Under the pieces are notes generated by a model that saw only the letters and a program-made list of their open reading frames with translations, did no database searches and was not told where the DNA came from. Of a stretch of DNA of 64,000 nt, positions 47,772 to 57,074 are shown piece by piece (positions within the stretch are counted from its first letter, which is position 1; each line of letters opens with the position of its first letter). The DNA is from Candidatus Eiseniibacteriota bacterium. GTDB taxonomy: Bacteria; Eisenbacteria; RBG-16-71-46. The stretch spans positions 11,132-75,131 of the forward strand of contig JACOSV010000016.1 in assembly GCA_016178725.1 (NCBI GenBank), written 5' to 3'. The position numbers and the translations under genes are program-made.

Positions 47772-48193
47772 CCGGCGCGGCTCCGCGCGCCCGCACGCGC
47801 GAGCGGCAGCGGATCGCCGAGCGGGAGCCGGTCCACCACGCCGGTGAAATCGTGGTGGAAGAGCACGGTGCGGGTCTCGCCGTCATCGAGCAGGACCTGA
47901 ATCTTCACGTCGGTCGTGGTCGGGACGAAGTCCACGACGCGGAAGATCGTCGCCGTGAGCGTGTGCGTGCCCTTCGCGAGGCCGGTGAAGTCGCGGCGAT
48001 GGTTGAAGGTCACGGTGGCCTGCGGCCCGCCGTCCACCGACACGTGCACCGAGTCGAGGTCGATCACCGCGAAGACCTCGATCCGTCCGCTGTTCGCGGG
48101 CGGGCAGGTCGGGCACTTGATGTCGTTGCTCGCGCAGCCAATCGCCATGACGACGGCGATGGCGGCGAGCGCGATCCAGGTGGAGCGGGCCAT
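47735..48193 (-). CDS. lipoprotein, hypothetical
   Basis: Track ORF. The signal peptide has the lipobox VVMAIGC, followed by a beta-rich domain. Confidence 0.65.
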   Translation of the reverse strand: MARSTWIALAAIAVVMAIGCASNDIKCPTCPPANSGRIEVFAVIDLDSVHVSVDGGPQATVTFNHRRDFTGLAKGTHTLTATIFRVVDFVPTTTDVKIQVLLDDGETRTVLFHHDFTGVVDRLPLGDPLPLARAGARSRAGWITPPPPLRAA

Positions 48194-48291
48194 GAGACCT
48201 CCGGGACGTGACGCTCGGTCGAGTACCGGCCGGGAAGGTACGCAAACCGGCGAGGGTGGACAAGGGCGGCCACGGTCGGCACACTCGCGCC

Positions 48292-49080
48292 ATGCACGCC
48301 CCCGCCGCCGGAGCCCGCGCCGCCGCGGCCCGCCCCGATCGCGTCGAGCTCGCCGCCCCCGCGGCCGCCTGCGACCTGTCGATCGTCGTTCCGGCCTACG
48401 ACGAGCGCGAGAACCTGCCGATCCTGCTCGCCGAGCTGCGCGCCGCGCTGGTCGCGGTCGAACGCGCGTGGGAGATCGTGCTCGTGGACGACGGGAGCCG
48501 CGACGGCACGGGCGAGTGGATCGTGCGCGAATCGGCGCGCGATCCGCGCGTCGTCGCGGTGCGGCTCGCCCGGAACGGCGGCCAGAGCGCGGCGCTCGCG
48601 GCGGGATTCCGGCACGCGCGCGGCGCGGTGATCGTGACGCTCGACGCGGATCTGCAGAACGATCCCGCCGACCTGCCGCTGCTGCTCGCCGGGCTCGAGA
48701 GCGCCGACGTGGTCTCCGGCGCGCGCCGCCGCCGCCACGATTCGTGGACGCGGCGTTTCTCGTCGCGGATCGCGAACGCCGTCCGCCGCAGCGTGATCGG
48801 CGACCCGCTCACCGACATCGGCTGCTCGTTCAAGGCCTACCGGCGCGAGGCGCTCGACGGCCTGCCGATGTTCGCCGGCGCGCACCGCTTCCTTCCGGCG
48901 CTGTGCCTGTTCCGCGGCGCGCGCGTCATCGAGGTGCCGCTCGCGCACCGGCCGCGGCGTCACGGGCGGTCGAAGTACGGCGTCGGGAACCGGCTCGGGC
49001 GCGGGCTCTACGATCTCATCGGCGTGCGCTGGCTCAAGTCGCGCATGCTCGAAACGCGCGAGCGCGATCCCGAGAACTAG
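48292..49080 (+). CDS. GT2 family polyprenol-phosphate glycosyltransferase (DPM1/ArnC-like)
   Basis: ATG at 48292 within track ORF 48208..49080. Contains LSIVVPAYDERENL, VLVDDGSRDGT, TLDADLQND and FKAYRREAL. Confidence 0.9.
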   Translation: MHAPAAGARAAAARPDRVELAAPAAACDLSIVVPAYDERENLPILLAELRAALVAVERAWEIVLVDDGSRDGTGEWIVRESARDPRVVAVRLARNGGQSAALAAGFRHARGAVIVTLDADLQNDPADLPLLLAGLESADVVSGARRRRHDSWTRRFSSRIANAVRRSVIGDPLTDIGCSFKAYRREALDGLPMFAGAHRFLPALCLFRGARVIEVPLAHRPRRHGRSKYGVGNRLGRGLYDLIGVRWLKSRMLETRERDPEN

Positions 49081-49514
49081 CCTTTCTCTTGATTACGCCC
49101 GCGCTTGACGACCAGCACGCTGCACGGCGCGTGGCTCACCGCGTGGCTCGACACGCTGCCGAGCATCAGACGCGCGAGGCCGGTGCGGCCGTGCGATCCC
49201 AGCACCATCAGATCCGCGCGCTCGGCGCGCGCCAGCTCGACCAGCGCTTCGCGCGCGTCGCCCGCGAGCAGCCGGCCTTCGGTGGCGAATCCGCTCTCGC
49301 GCAGCTGCTGCTCGGTGCGCGCGACCAGCTCCTCGTGCTCGGTGCGGGCCGGCAGCGCGACGTCGGGACCGTAGGCCGGCATGACGACGCTCGCGGCGAG
49401 CGGCGCGACGCTCGCCACGATCACGCGGCTCCCGGCCGGCCAGCGCATGCGGATCACGAACTCGACCGCCTGCCGCGAGCAGGCCGAATCGTCCACGGCG
49501 ATCACGATCTTCAC
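49077..49514 (-). CDS. universal stress protein (UspA family)
   Basis: The GTG at 49514 is preceded by GGAGG. Contains VKIVIAVDDS and LMVLGSHGRTGLARLMLGSVS. Confidence 0.85.
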   Translation of the reverse strand: MKIVIAVDDSACSRQAVEFVIRMRWPAGSRVIVASVAPLAASVVMPAYGPDVALPARTEHEELVARTEQQLRESGFATEGRLLAGDAREALVELARAERADLMVLGSHGRTGLARLMLGSVSSHAVSHAPCSVLVVKRGRNQEKG

Positions 49515-49678
49515 GGCGCGCCTCCTTCGATGCCGGTGCGACGTGCACACGTTCGCAGGCGCGACGCGTTCCTGGCCACGGGACGCACGGACCAGCGGGC
49601 ATGGTTCGGAAGGACCATCGCGTGCCATCGGAATTGCGCTACTCTCGGGACGAGTCGCGACTGAATTCGCCGTGACGC

Positions 49679-50482
49679 ATGGTCCCTGAGGAGGAGCCGA
49701 TGCCCCGCCATCCGCAGCATCGTCCCGGACGCGCCCCGCGCCGCGCGCGCCGCGGCCCGGCGGCGTTCCGTGTCGTCGTCGCCGACGGCCAGGCGATCGA
49801 TCGCGGCGGCATGGTCGGCCTGCTCGAGGGCGAACCGGACTTCGAGGTCGTCGGCGAAGCCGCCTCGACCGCCGAGTGCATCCAGCAGTGCCGGTCGCTC
49901 GAGCCCGACGTGCTGGTGCTCGCGCTCAACCTCGCGGGCCACGACCCGTGCTCGGCGCTGCCCGCGGTGCGCACCGCGCTGCCCAGGCTTCGCGTGCTCG
50001 CGGTGTCGGAGCGCGGCGTCGCCAACTGCCTGGTGCTGAACCCGCCAGGGCGCGCGCGCCGCGAGGCCGAGCACCGGGTCGCCTGCGCCTACGGCACCGA
50101 CTGCCTGCAGCTCGCCGCGAGCCAGGGCGCGATGGGAACGCTGCGGCGCAGCGCCGACCCCGAGGATCTCTTCCGCGCGGTGCGCGCGGTGGCGGCCGGC
50201 CAGTCGTGGTACGACACGACCACGGCGGACGGCCTGCTCACGTCCACCTCACCCGACGCCCTGCAGGGCCGGCTCACGACGCTCTCCGCGCGCGAACGCG
50301 ACGTCGCGGCGCAGATCGCCGACGGCCTTTCGAACAAGGAGATCTCGACCGCGCTCGGGATCAGCGAGCCGACGGTGAAGAAGCACGTCGGCCGCGTGCT
50401 CGAGAAGCTCGGGTTCCAGGACCGGCTGCAGGTCGGCCTGTTCCTCGCGCGCAATCCGCTGGTGCTCCGGCCGAAGAGCTGA
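49679..50482 (+). CDS. LuxR/NarL-type regulator with degenerate (pseudo-)receiver domain
   Basis: Track ORF. The C-terminal HTH is LSARERDVAAQIADGLSNKEISTALGISEPTVKKHV. In the receiver-like N-terminus the phospho-acceptor position reads DVLVLALNLAG (Ala instead of Asp). It also has DG instead of DD and a roughly 35-aa Cys-containing insertion. Confidence 0.8.
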   Translation: MVPEEEPMPRHPQHRPGRAPRRARRGPAAFRVVVADGQAIDRGGMVGLLEGEPDFEVVGEAASTAECIQQCRSLEPDVLVLALNLAGHDPCSALPAVRTALPRLRVLAVSERGVANCLVLNPPGRARREAEHRVACAYGTDCLQLAASQGAMGTLRRSADPEDLFRAVRAVAAGQSWYDTTTADGLLTSTSPDALQGRLTTLSARERDVAAQIADGLSNKEISTALGISEPTVKKHVGRVLEKLGFQDRLQVGLFLARNPLVLRPKS

Positions 50483-50727
50483 CGCCGCCCGCTAGCTAGC
50501 GCGAGGCGAATCGGCTCTTGTCTCCAGCATACCGAGGGTCGGTGGGCGACTGAACCGGGCGGTCATTGCAAGACGCCAGTGTGGCGAGCCAGACCCTCCT
50601 GCCGATAACGTTGAGCGGTCGGAAGCGTTCTGGTTGCGCTCTTTCCAAAGCCCGTAGCCCTGGTTCTTGACCCTTCACCCGAGTCAAGGCCCGGAAGGCC
50701 GAACGGGAGAGCTGTGAGGAAACCAGC

Positions 50728-52071
50728 TTGCAACAGCAGGAATACGACGTCGTGATCGTCGGCGCACGGTGTGCGGGCGCCGCGCTCGCCACCTTTCTGG
50801 CCCGAGCGGGCGCTCGAGTGCTCCTGCTCGATAAAGACGCCATGCCGAGCGACCACGTTCTGTCCACTCACTCCATCAGTCCGCCCGGCATGGACGTGTT
50901 GGACGAAGCGGGCGTAGGCGAGGCCGTGCGCTCCGTAACCCCGCCATCCCACTTCGTTCGCTTGAACGTCGACGGAGAGTTGCTTGACTGGAAACTCCCC
51001 GAACACCGAGGCCTGTACTGTCCCCGCCGTAAGCGTCTCGACGGATTGCTCCAGCAAGCCGCCATGGGGGCGGGTGTTCAGTTGCTGGACCGCACCCGAG
51101 TCACCTCACTCATGCAGCGGGATGGCCGGGTCCATGGCGTACAGACGATCGTCGATGGCCGGGAGCACATCTTCACGGCAGGACTTGTCGTCGGCGCTGA
51201 CGGACGTCAATCGACCGTGGCCCGGTTGGTCGGGGCCGAGGAGTACCTGGGTTATGATGCGCCGCGCGCGACCTACTGGGGGTATTGGGATGCCCCGACC
51301 CTGTGGAAGACGGATCCCGCGTACCGCTTCGACGCATACTTTGCCTTGGTCGGCCCCCACATCCGGGCCATCTTTCAGACGGACCAGGATCAGCTGCTGA
51401 TCGCCAGTTCACCGCCCATCAATCAGATTGAGATGTGGCGGGCGGACCCGCGGCGAACCCTTCGGGAGGCGCTGAACTCTGACCCAATTACCGCCAGACT
51501 CATTCGTGATTCCGCTCCTCACGGCCAGGTCTGCGGCACGGCCAAGGAGCGCTTCTTCTTCCGGAGGGCAGTGGGCAGTGGCTGGGCCCTCGTCGGTGAT
51601 GCCGGTCACCACAAGGAGTGGCTGCTCGGAGACGGAATCACCGAGGCCCTTCTTCAGGCTCGCAGCCTGGCGATCGCGATCGGGGTTGGAACCGATGGGG
51701 CGCTCTCGCGCTGGTGGCGGGGCCGGGACGTAGCAGCCCTTCCCCTGTACTTCGTCGGGCAGATCGCGGGTGCGCCCGAGCGTCCGGCCGAGCTCCAGCG
51801 TGTCTTCTTCTCGGCCCTTGCCCGGCAGCCCGCGCTCATGGCGCGGATGGTCGCGGTCATTGACCGGCAGCTTTCGCCCTTCGAGGCTCTACCAGTCCCG
51901 CAGGTTCTCTCATGCATTACGGCTGCCGCGCTGCGAGGTCGGTGGCGCGTCATCCCCGAGATTCTGGGAATGGGGCGACGTGCCCTCGCCGCGGACCGCG
52001 AGATGCGCCTGAGATGCGAACTGCTGGCCGAAACGGAAGCACTCTTGTCCCTTGCCCGGAAAGCAGCCTGA
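50728..52071 (+). CDS. FAD-dependent monooxygenase/oxidoreductase (geranylgeranyl-reductase/halogenase-like fold)
   Basis: Track ORF. The TTG start is preceded by GAGGAAA. Contains YDVVIVGARCAGAALA (dinucleotide fold) and LVGDAGHH. It lies in a lower-GC stretch. Confidence 0.8.
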   Translation: MQQQEYDVVIVGARCAGAALATFLARAGARVLLLDKDAMPSDHVLSTHSISPPGMDVLDEAGVGEAVRSVTPPSHFVRLNVDGELLDWKLPEHRGLYCPRRKRLDGLLQQAAMGAGVQLLDRTRVTSLMQRDGRVHGVQTIVDGREHIFTAGLVVGADGRQSTVARLVGAEEYLGYDAPRATYWGYWDAPTLWKTDPAYRFDAYFALVGPHIRAIFQTDQDQLLIASSPPINQIEMWRADPRRTLREALNSDPITARLIRDSAPHGQVCGTAKERFFFRRAVGSGWALVGDAGHHKEWLLGDGITEALLQARSLAIAIGVGTDGALSRWWRGRDVAALPLYFVGQIAGAPERPAELQRVFFSALARQPALMARMVAVIDRQLSPFEALPVPQVLSCITAAALRGRWRVIPEILGMGRRALAADREMRLRCELLAETEALLSLARKAA

Positions 52072-52227
52072 TAAAATGGGCCGGGGTAGCCGAGCCACAC
52101 CCAGGCTCTTACACAGGTTCCCTAACTCGGGCCCTGTCCGCCTGAGAGACCCTAGACGACGCTCCCGGCACGGCCCGAGCGCTCAGGGGTCGTCCGTTCT
52201 CGCGCACTATCTTCGGCCTCTGGACGG

Positions 52228-52680
52228 CTAGCCGTTCTTCGGCGCCTTGATCGTGTCGGGCCGCGCCTCGCCCTTCGGCTTCACCGTCGCCGAATCGGAT
52301 CGCGACGGCGCGTGCCGCGTGCTGTCCGCCCTCGTCGAATCGCGACGCGCGCCGGGACGATCCTCGGGGTCGCCGGGGAACGTGAGCGAATCGATCTCGG
52401 CCCGATTCGCGACGCCGTCGCCGTCGGAGTCCAGCTTCTCGATCGCCTTGAAGTCGAACGTCGCCTGCTTGAGCGCCTCGCCGTAGGGGTTGAGTGTGTC
52501 GTCTTCGGTCGCGTGGCACGTGACGCATGCGTCGAGCTTCGTGCCCTGCGTCTTCGGATAGGTGGCGACGAAGTCGCGACGGATGCGCGGGCGGGCCTGC
52601 GCCGCGATCGCGCAGGCGGCGAGCAGCAGGGCGGCGGCGATGATCACCCGGGCGACGGGGCGCAGCATGGGATCCTCCAC
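52228..52680 (-). CDS. small secreted c-type cytochrome-like protein with acidic D-x-D-x-D loop
   Basis: Track ORF with a signal peptide. It has a single CVTCH heme-binding motif, DSDGDGVANRAEID (a calcium-binding-like loop), and a low-complexity basic tail. Confidence 0.55.
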   Translation of the reverse strand: MEDPMLRPVARVIIAAALLLAACAIAAQARPRIRRDFVATYPKTQGTKLDACVTCHATEDDTLNPYGEALKQATFDFKAIEKLDSDGDGVANRAEIDSLTFPGDPEDRPGARRDSTRADSTRHAPSRSDSATVKPKGEARPDTIKAPKNG

Positions 52681-52858
52681 GGAATGAGCACCCGCGAGCG
52701 GGTACCGGCGACGGGAGCGGCGGGCGCGGCGAGGGCGAGCCTACCGCAACCCAGGGGTGCGTGTGGCGGCCGGGCGCGGGTCGTGTATAGTCCGGCTCGC
52801 TCCCCGCGGCCTCGGATGGCCGCTCGTGCGTCAATGGACTGACCCAGAGGAGTTCGGC

Positions 52859-53416
52859 ATGCGTTGCCTCACACGGATGTTGCCCGCGGCCCTGCTGTGC
52901 GCCGCGCTCGCCCCCGCCGCCCACGCGGCCCCCCCCGACGCCTCGCTCACCGGCATCGAAGCGATGACGTCGACCGTCATGCAGGAAGGCCAGAGCTCGT
53001 TCTCGGGCGTGGCGCTCCGCATGCGCGTCCAGTCACCGCGCTTCGTCGAGGGCATCGAGTTCATGCCCACGGTCGAGTACTGGCGCAACGCGAATTCGAT
53101 ACAGCCGTTCGGCATCAAGACCGTGCGCAAGGACGCGACGCTGGCCGCGGACGTGCGCTACGCGTTCCGCTCGACCGGCATCCGCCCCTACGTCGGCGCG
53201 GGCTACGGCCTGCACTTCCTCGCGAGCTCCGTGGACGCGCCGTCGCTCGGGCTCAACAACGCGAGCCACGCGCTGGTCAAGGGCGGGCTCGAAGCGCTCG
53301 GCGGCGCGTCGTTCGTGGTCACCGGACGGTTCGAGAACTTCATCGAGCTCAAGTACCAGCACGTGCCCGACTATCGCCAGCTCAAGCTGAACTGGGGCCT
53401 GACCTACAAGCTGTAG
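52859..53416 (+). CDS. outer-membrane beta-barrel protein (OmpW/OmpA-barrel-like, 8-strand size)
   Basis: The ATG at 52859 is preceded by GAGGAG. Signal peptide is MRCLTRMLPAALLCAALAPAAHA. The C-terminus is ...LNWGLTYKL. Confidence 0.6.
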   Translation: MRCLTRMLPAALLCAALAPAAHAAPPDASLTGIEAMTSTVMQEGQSSFSGVALRMRVQSPRFVEGIEFMPTVEYWRNANSIQPFGIKTVRKDATLAADVRYAFRSTGIRPYVGAGYGLHFLASSVDAPSLGLNNASHALVKGGLEALGGASFVVTGRFENFIELKYQHVPDYRQLKLNWGLTYKL

Positions 53417-53425
53417 CGTCGGGCG

Positions 53426-53734
53426 CTAGTAGCTGAAACCCAGGAGACCCGGGTCGGGCATGAGATCCGGGCTCCACGGGTCGGGCATGATCTCGACCTC
53501 GCACTCCTGCGGCACGACGCTCATCGTCGCCTGCTTCACGTCTTCGATGAGCTGCGGCGCGTACGGGCAGAACGGCGTCGTCAGCATCATGCGGACGAGC
53601 GTCTTCGGCGGGTCGAGGAAGTGGATCTCGCGGATCAGCCCGAGGTCGATCACCGAGAGGTTGATCTCGGGATCCATGACCGTCTCGAGCGCCGCGCGGA
53701 TCGCGAGCTCCTGCTGCGTCGGCGCGTCGCTCAT
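53426..53734 (-). CDS. sufT: SUF-associated DUF59 protein (SufT-like Fe-S assembly factor)
   Basis: ATG at 53734 within track ORF 53426..53914. Contains VMDPEINLSVIDLGLI and MMLTTPFCPYAP. Confidence 0.8.
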   Translation of the reverse strand: MSDAPTQQELAIRAALETVMDPEINLSVIDLGLIREIHFLDPPKTLVRMMLTTPFCPYAPQLIEDVKQATMSVVPQECEVEIMPDPWSPDLMPDPGLLGFSY

Positions 53735-54057
53735 GACCAGGCCACCTGCACCGCATCGCCTTCGATCCGCACCGAGTAGATCGGCACGGGCGCGGTCGCG
53801 GGCATCGCCAGCACCACGCCGGTGCGCACGTCGAAGCGCGCCCCGTGGCGCGGGCATTCGATGACGTGATCCTCGAGCACGCCCTCGGCGAGCGGACCGC
53901 CGTCGTGCGTGCACACGTCGTCCATGGCGTAGTAGCGGCCGGCGACGTGGAAGATCGCGATCTCGCGGTCGTCGAGCCGCGCCACCTTGACGCCGCCGTC
54001 GGGGATCTCGCCCACCGTCGCCACCGTCACGAACCGCTGCGCCGCCGTCCCGGTCAT
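53731..54057 (-). CDS. Rieske [2Fe-2S] ferredoxin-like protein
   Basis: ATG at 54057. Contains CTHDGGPL...CPRHGARF. 108 aa. It overlaps both neighbours by 4 nt. Confidence 0.85.
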   Translation of the reverse strand: MTGTAAQRFVTVATVGEIPDGGVKVARLDDREIAIFHVAGRYYAMDDVCTHDGGPLAEGVLEDHVIECPRHGARFDVRTGVVLAMPATAPVPIYSVRIEGDAVQVAWS

Positions 54058-54473
54058 GCGTCCTCGTCCTCGCCCGGCCACTGCGTCATGCCGTAGGCGC
54101 CGGCCTTGAGCGTCTTGAGCGCCAGGAGCCCGCACTTGAGCCGCACCGGGCCGAGCTCGATGCCGAGCAGCTCGAGCATGTCGTCGCGCGAGATCTTCTT
54201 CGCCTCGTCGAGCGTCTTCCCCTCGATCGCCTCGCACAGCATCGAGGCCGCAGCCTGGCTGATCGAACACCCGGTGCCGGAGAAGCGCACCGCGTCGATC
54301 TTCCCGTCGCGCACGTTCAGGTCCATGCGGATGCGGTCGCCGCACAGCGGGTTCGTGTCCTCGTACGTGATGTACGGGCGTTCGAGCGTGCCGCGGTTCC
54401 GCGGGTGCTGGTAGTGGTCGAGGATGTGCTCGCGGTAGAGATCGTCCATCCCGCCGCCGGATGCCCCGCTCAT
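54054..54473 (-). CDS. sufU: SufU-type Fe-S cluster scaffold / sulfur-acceptor protein
   Basis: ATG at 54473. Contains LYREHILDHYQHPRNRG, NPLCGD, GTGCSIS and LKCGLLALKTL. Confidence 0.85.
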   Translation of the reverse strand: MSGASGGGMDDLYREHILDHYQHPRNRGTLERPYITYEDTNPLCGDRIRMDLNVRDGKIDAVRFSGTGCSISQAAASMLCEAIEGKTLDEAKKISRDDMLELLGIELGPVRLKCGLLALKTLKAGAYGMTQWPGEDEDA

Positions 54474-55720
54474 CGCGCGAACACCTTGCGCGCCCGGTGG
54501 AGCCCCGCGACCAGCGCGTCGACCTCCTCGGGCAGGCTGTAGCAGTGGAACGACGCGCGCGCGCTCGCCGGGACGCCGAGCGCCTCGTGCAGCGGCATCG
54601 CGCAGTGATGTCCCGCACGCACCGCGACGCCGTCGTCGTCGAGCACCGTCGCCACGTCGTGGGGATGGATGCCGTCGAGCGTGAAGGCGATCACGCCGCC
54701 GCGCTTGTCCTCCGACGGTCCGAGCAGCGTGAGGCCCGGCACCTCGCGCAGCCGCTCCATCGCGTACGCGACCAGCTCGCGGTCGTGCGCGAACACGCGC
54801 TCCATGCCGAGCGAGCGCAGGTAGTCCACGGCCGCGCCGAGCCCGATCGCCTCGGCGATCGGCATCGTACCGGCCTCGAACTTCCACGGCAGCTCGTTCC
54901 ACTTGGATCCGGTGAGCTTCACCTCGCGGATCATCTCGCCGCCGCCCATGAACGGCGGCATCGCCTCGAGCAGCTCGCGGCGCGCCCACAGGCCGCCGAT
55001 GCCGGTCGGGCCGAGCATCTTGTGGCCGGTGAAGGCGAAGAAGTCGCAGCCGAGCGCCTGCACGTCCACCGGGCAGTGCGGCACGCTCTGCGATGCGTCC
55101 ACCAGCATCCGCGCGCCCGCGGCGTGCGCCTGCCGCGCGATCTCGGCGATCGGGTTCACCGTGCCGAGCACGTTCGAGATGTGGACCGCGCCCACCAGCT
55201 TCACGCGGCCATCGGCGAGCAGCGTGGGCAGCGCCGCGAGGTCGAGCTCGCCCGAGCCCGTGATCGGGATGAAGCGCAGCTCGACATCGCGCTCGGCGGC
55301 GAGGATCTGCCAGGGCACCAGGTTCGCGTGGTGCTCCATCACCGTGAGCACGATCGCGTCGCCGGCCTCGAGCTGCGAGCGGCCCCACGCGTAGGCGACC
55401 AGATTGATCGCCGCGGTGCTGTTGCTCGTGAAGATCAGCTCGCGCGGCGAGCGGGCGCCGATGAAGTCGGCGAGCCGCCGGCGCGCGTCCTCGTACGCGG
55501 CCGTCGCCTCCTCCGCGATGCGATAGATGCCGCGGTGGATGTTGGCGTTGATCGTGCCGTAGTAGCGGTCCATCGCCTCGATCACCGCGTCGGGCTTCTG
55601 CGACGTCGCGGCGCTGTCGAGGTAGCGCAGCGGCTTCGCGCGCTCGGCGCGGAAGATCGGGAATTGCTCCCGGACCGCCCGCGCGTCGAGCGACGCCGTC
55701 GCCGTATCGGACGCCTTCAC
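54470..55720 (-). CDS. sufS: cysteine desulfurase SufS (class II aminotransferase V)
   Basis: Track ORF. Contains FTGHKMLGPTGIG (PLP Lys) and RAGHHCAMP (active-site Cys). Confidence 0.95.
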   Translation of the reverse strand: MKASDTATASLDARAVREQFPIFRAERAKPLRYLDSAATSQKPDAVIEAMDRYYGTINANIHRGIYRIAEEATAAYEDARRRLADFIGARSPRELIFTSNSTAAINLVAYAWGRSQLEAGDAIVLTVMEHHANLVPWQILAAERDVELRFIPITGSGELDLAALPTLLADGRVKLVGAVHISNVLGTVNPIAEIARQAHAAGARMLVDASQSVPHCPVDVQALGCDFFAFTGHKMLGPTGIGGLWARRELLEAMPPFMGGGEMIREVKLTGSKWNELPWKFEAGTMPIAEAIGLGAAVDYLRSLGMERVFAHDRELVAYAMERLREVPGLTLLGPSEDKRGGVIAFTLDGIHPHDVATVLDDDGVAVRAGHHCAMPLHEALGVPASARASFHCYSLPEEVDALVAGLHRARKVFAR

Positions 55721-55724
55721 GCCG

Positions 55725-57074
55725 CTATCCGATCTTCCGCTGGATGAGCTGCCGCAGCCCCTCGCGCACGCCGTCGAGCGGAATGCGATCCAGCACCGGC
55801 GCGAAGAATCCCTCGACGATCAGCCGCTGCGCGTCCGAGCGCGGCAGACCGCGCGCCATCAGGTAGTACATCTGCTCTTCGTCGACGCTGCCGATCGTCG
55901 CGCCGTGCGTGCAGCGCACGTCGTTGGCCAGGATCTCGAGGCCCGGGATGCTGTCGGCGCGCGCGGTGTCGGAGAGCAGCAGGTTGCGGTTGGCCTGGTA
56001 CGCGTCGGTGCGCTGCGCGCCCTCGGCGACCTGGATCAGCCCCTGATAGACGCTGCGGGCGTAATCCTTGAGGCAGCCCTTGATGAGCAGGTCGCTGGTG
56101 CAGTGATCGGCAAGATGGCGCTGCAGCGTGTGGAGATGGAACTGCTGCCGCGCGTCGCCGAACATGAATCCGTGGACGAACGCCTGCGCGCCCGGGCCGG
56201 CGAGGTTGAAATACGAATTGCTCTTCACGACGCGGCCGCCGAGCAGCGTCTGCACCCACTGCAGCTCGCCGCCGCGGGCCACCTGCGCGCGCTGGTTCGA
56301 GTAGTGGTAGACGCCATGCCCCCACTCCTCGAGCGTGCCGTAGATCAGCTTCGCGTCCTCGCCGACGAACGCCTCGGTGCCGCCGACGTAGAACGCCGGC
56401 CCCTCGACGTCCGCCGACACCAGCTCCTCGACGATCGTCGCGCGGCTGCCGCGGCCGAGCACGACGAGGTTGCGCGGCGCGACCAGCCGGCCGTCGCCCT
56501 CGATCCAGTGCAGCACGCGGATCGGCACGGCGGCGTCCACGCCGTCCGGCACCGAGACGAACAGGCCGCCCGAGCGGAGCGCGGCGCCGAGCGCAGTGAA
56601 CCAGTCGTAGTCGGGCTCGAGCAACGAGCCGAGCCGCTCGCGCACGAGATCGCCGTGCTCGGCGAGCGCCCGCTCCATCGAGCAGACGATCACGCCCTGC
56701 TTCGCGAGCTCGGCCGCCGGTTGCTCGATGACCACATCGCTGTCGCGCTGGACGAGCAGCGCGGCCTGGCCGCGCTCCGCGCCGAGACGCTCGAGCAGCG
56801 CCGCGGGCAGATCGTCGAGGCCGCGTGTCGCCGGCGCCGGGCGGAACGGGTCGAGCGACGGCAGCGCGGACTCGATGCCGCGGAGATCGATGCGGCGCCA
56901 CAGCTCGTCGGCGCGCGACGGCGGCGCGAGCGTGCGGGCGATGCCGACGGCGGCGCGGCGCTGGTCGAGGGACCACGCCGGCTCGCGGCGCTGCGTCGCC
57001 CGCTCGAGTGCCGTGCGCTCCCAGGCGCCGACGTCGACCGGGGCGGACGCGGGTGCCGTGCGGGTCGTCGTCAT
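55725..57074 (-). CDS. sufD: Fe-S cluster assembly protein SufD
   Basis: The ATG at 57074 overlaps the sufB stop by 4 nt. Contains the C-terminal SufBD beta-helix block IPGLEILANDVRCTHGATIG..DEEQMYYLMARGL. Confidence 0.9.
   Translation of the reverse strand: MTTTRTAPASAPVDVGAWERTALERATQRREPAWSLDQRRAAVGIARTLAPPSRADELWRRIDLRGIESALPSLDPFRPAPATRGLDDLPAALLERLGAERGQAALLVQRDSDVVIEQPAAELAKQGVIVCSMERALAEHGDLVRERLGSLLEPDYDWFTALGAALRSGGLFVSVPDGVDAAVPIRVLHWIEGDGRLVAPRNLVVLGRGSRATIVEELVSADVEGPAFYVGGTEAFVGEDAKLIYGTLEEWGHGVYHYSNQRAQVARGGELQWVQTLLGGRVVKSNSYFNLAGPGAQAFVHGFMFGDARQQFHLHTLQRHLADHCTSDLLIKGCLKDYARSVYQGLIQVAEGAQRTDAYQANRNLLLSDTARADSIPGLEILANDVRCTHGATIGSVDEEQMYYLMARGLPRSDAQRLIVEGFFAPVLDRIPLDGVREGLRQLIQRKIG

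Noticed and set aside
50496-50867. 123-aa minus-strand ORF in the low-GC leader, and other short ORFs antisense to the FAD monooxygenase (50563..51057, 51654..52100)
   Set aside because: They overlap the monooxygenase start region in antisense, lack ribosome-binding sites and motifs, and have no coding-like periodicity that I can see.
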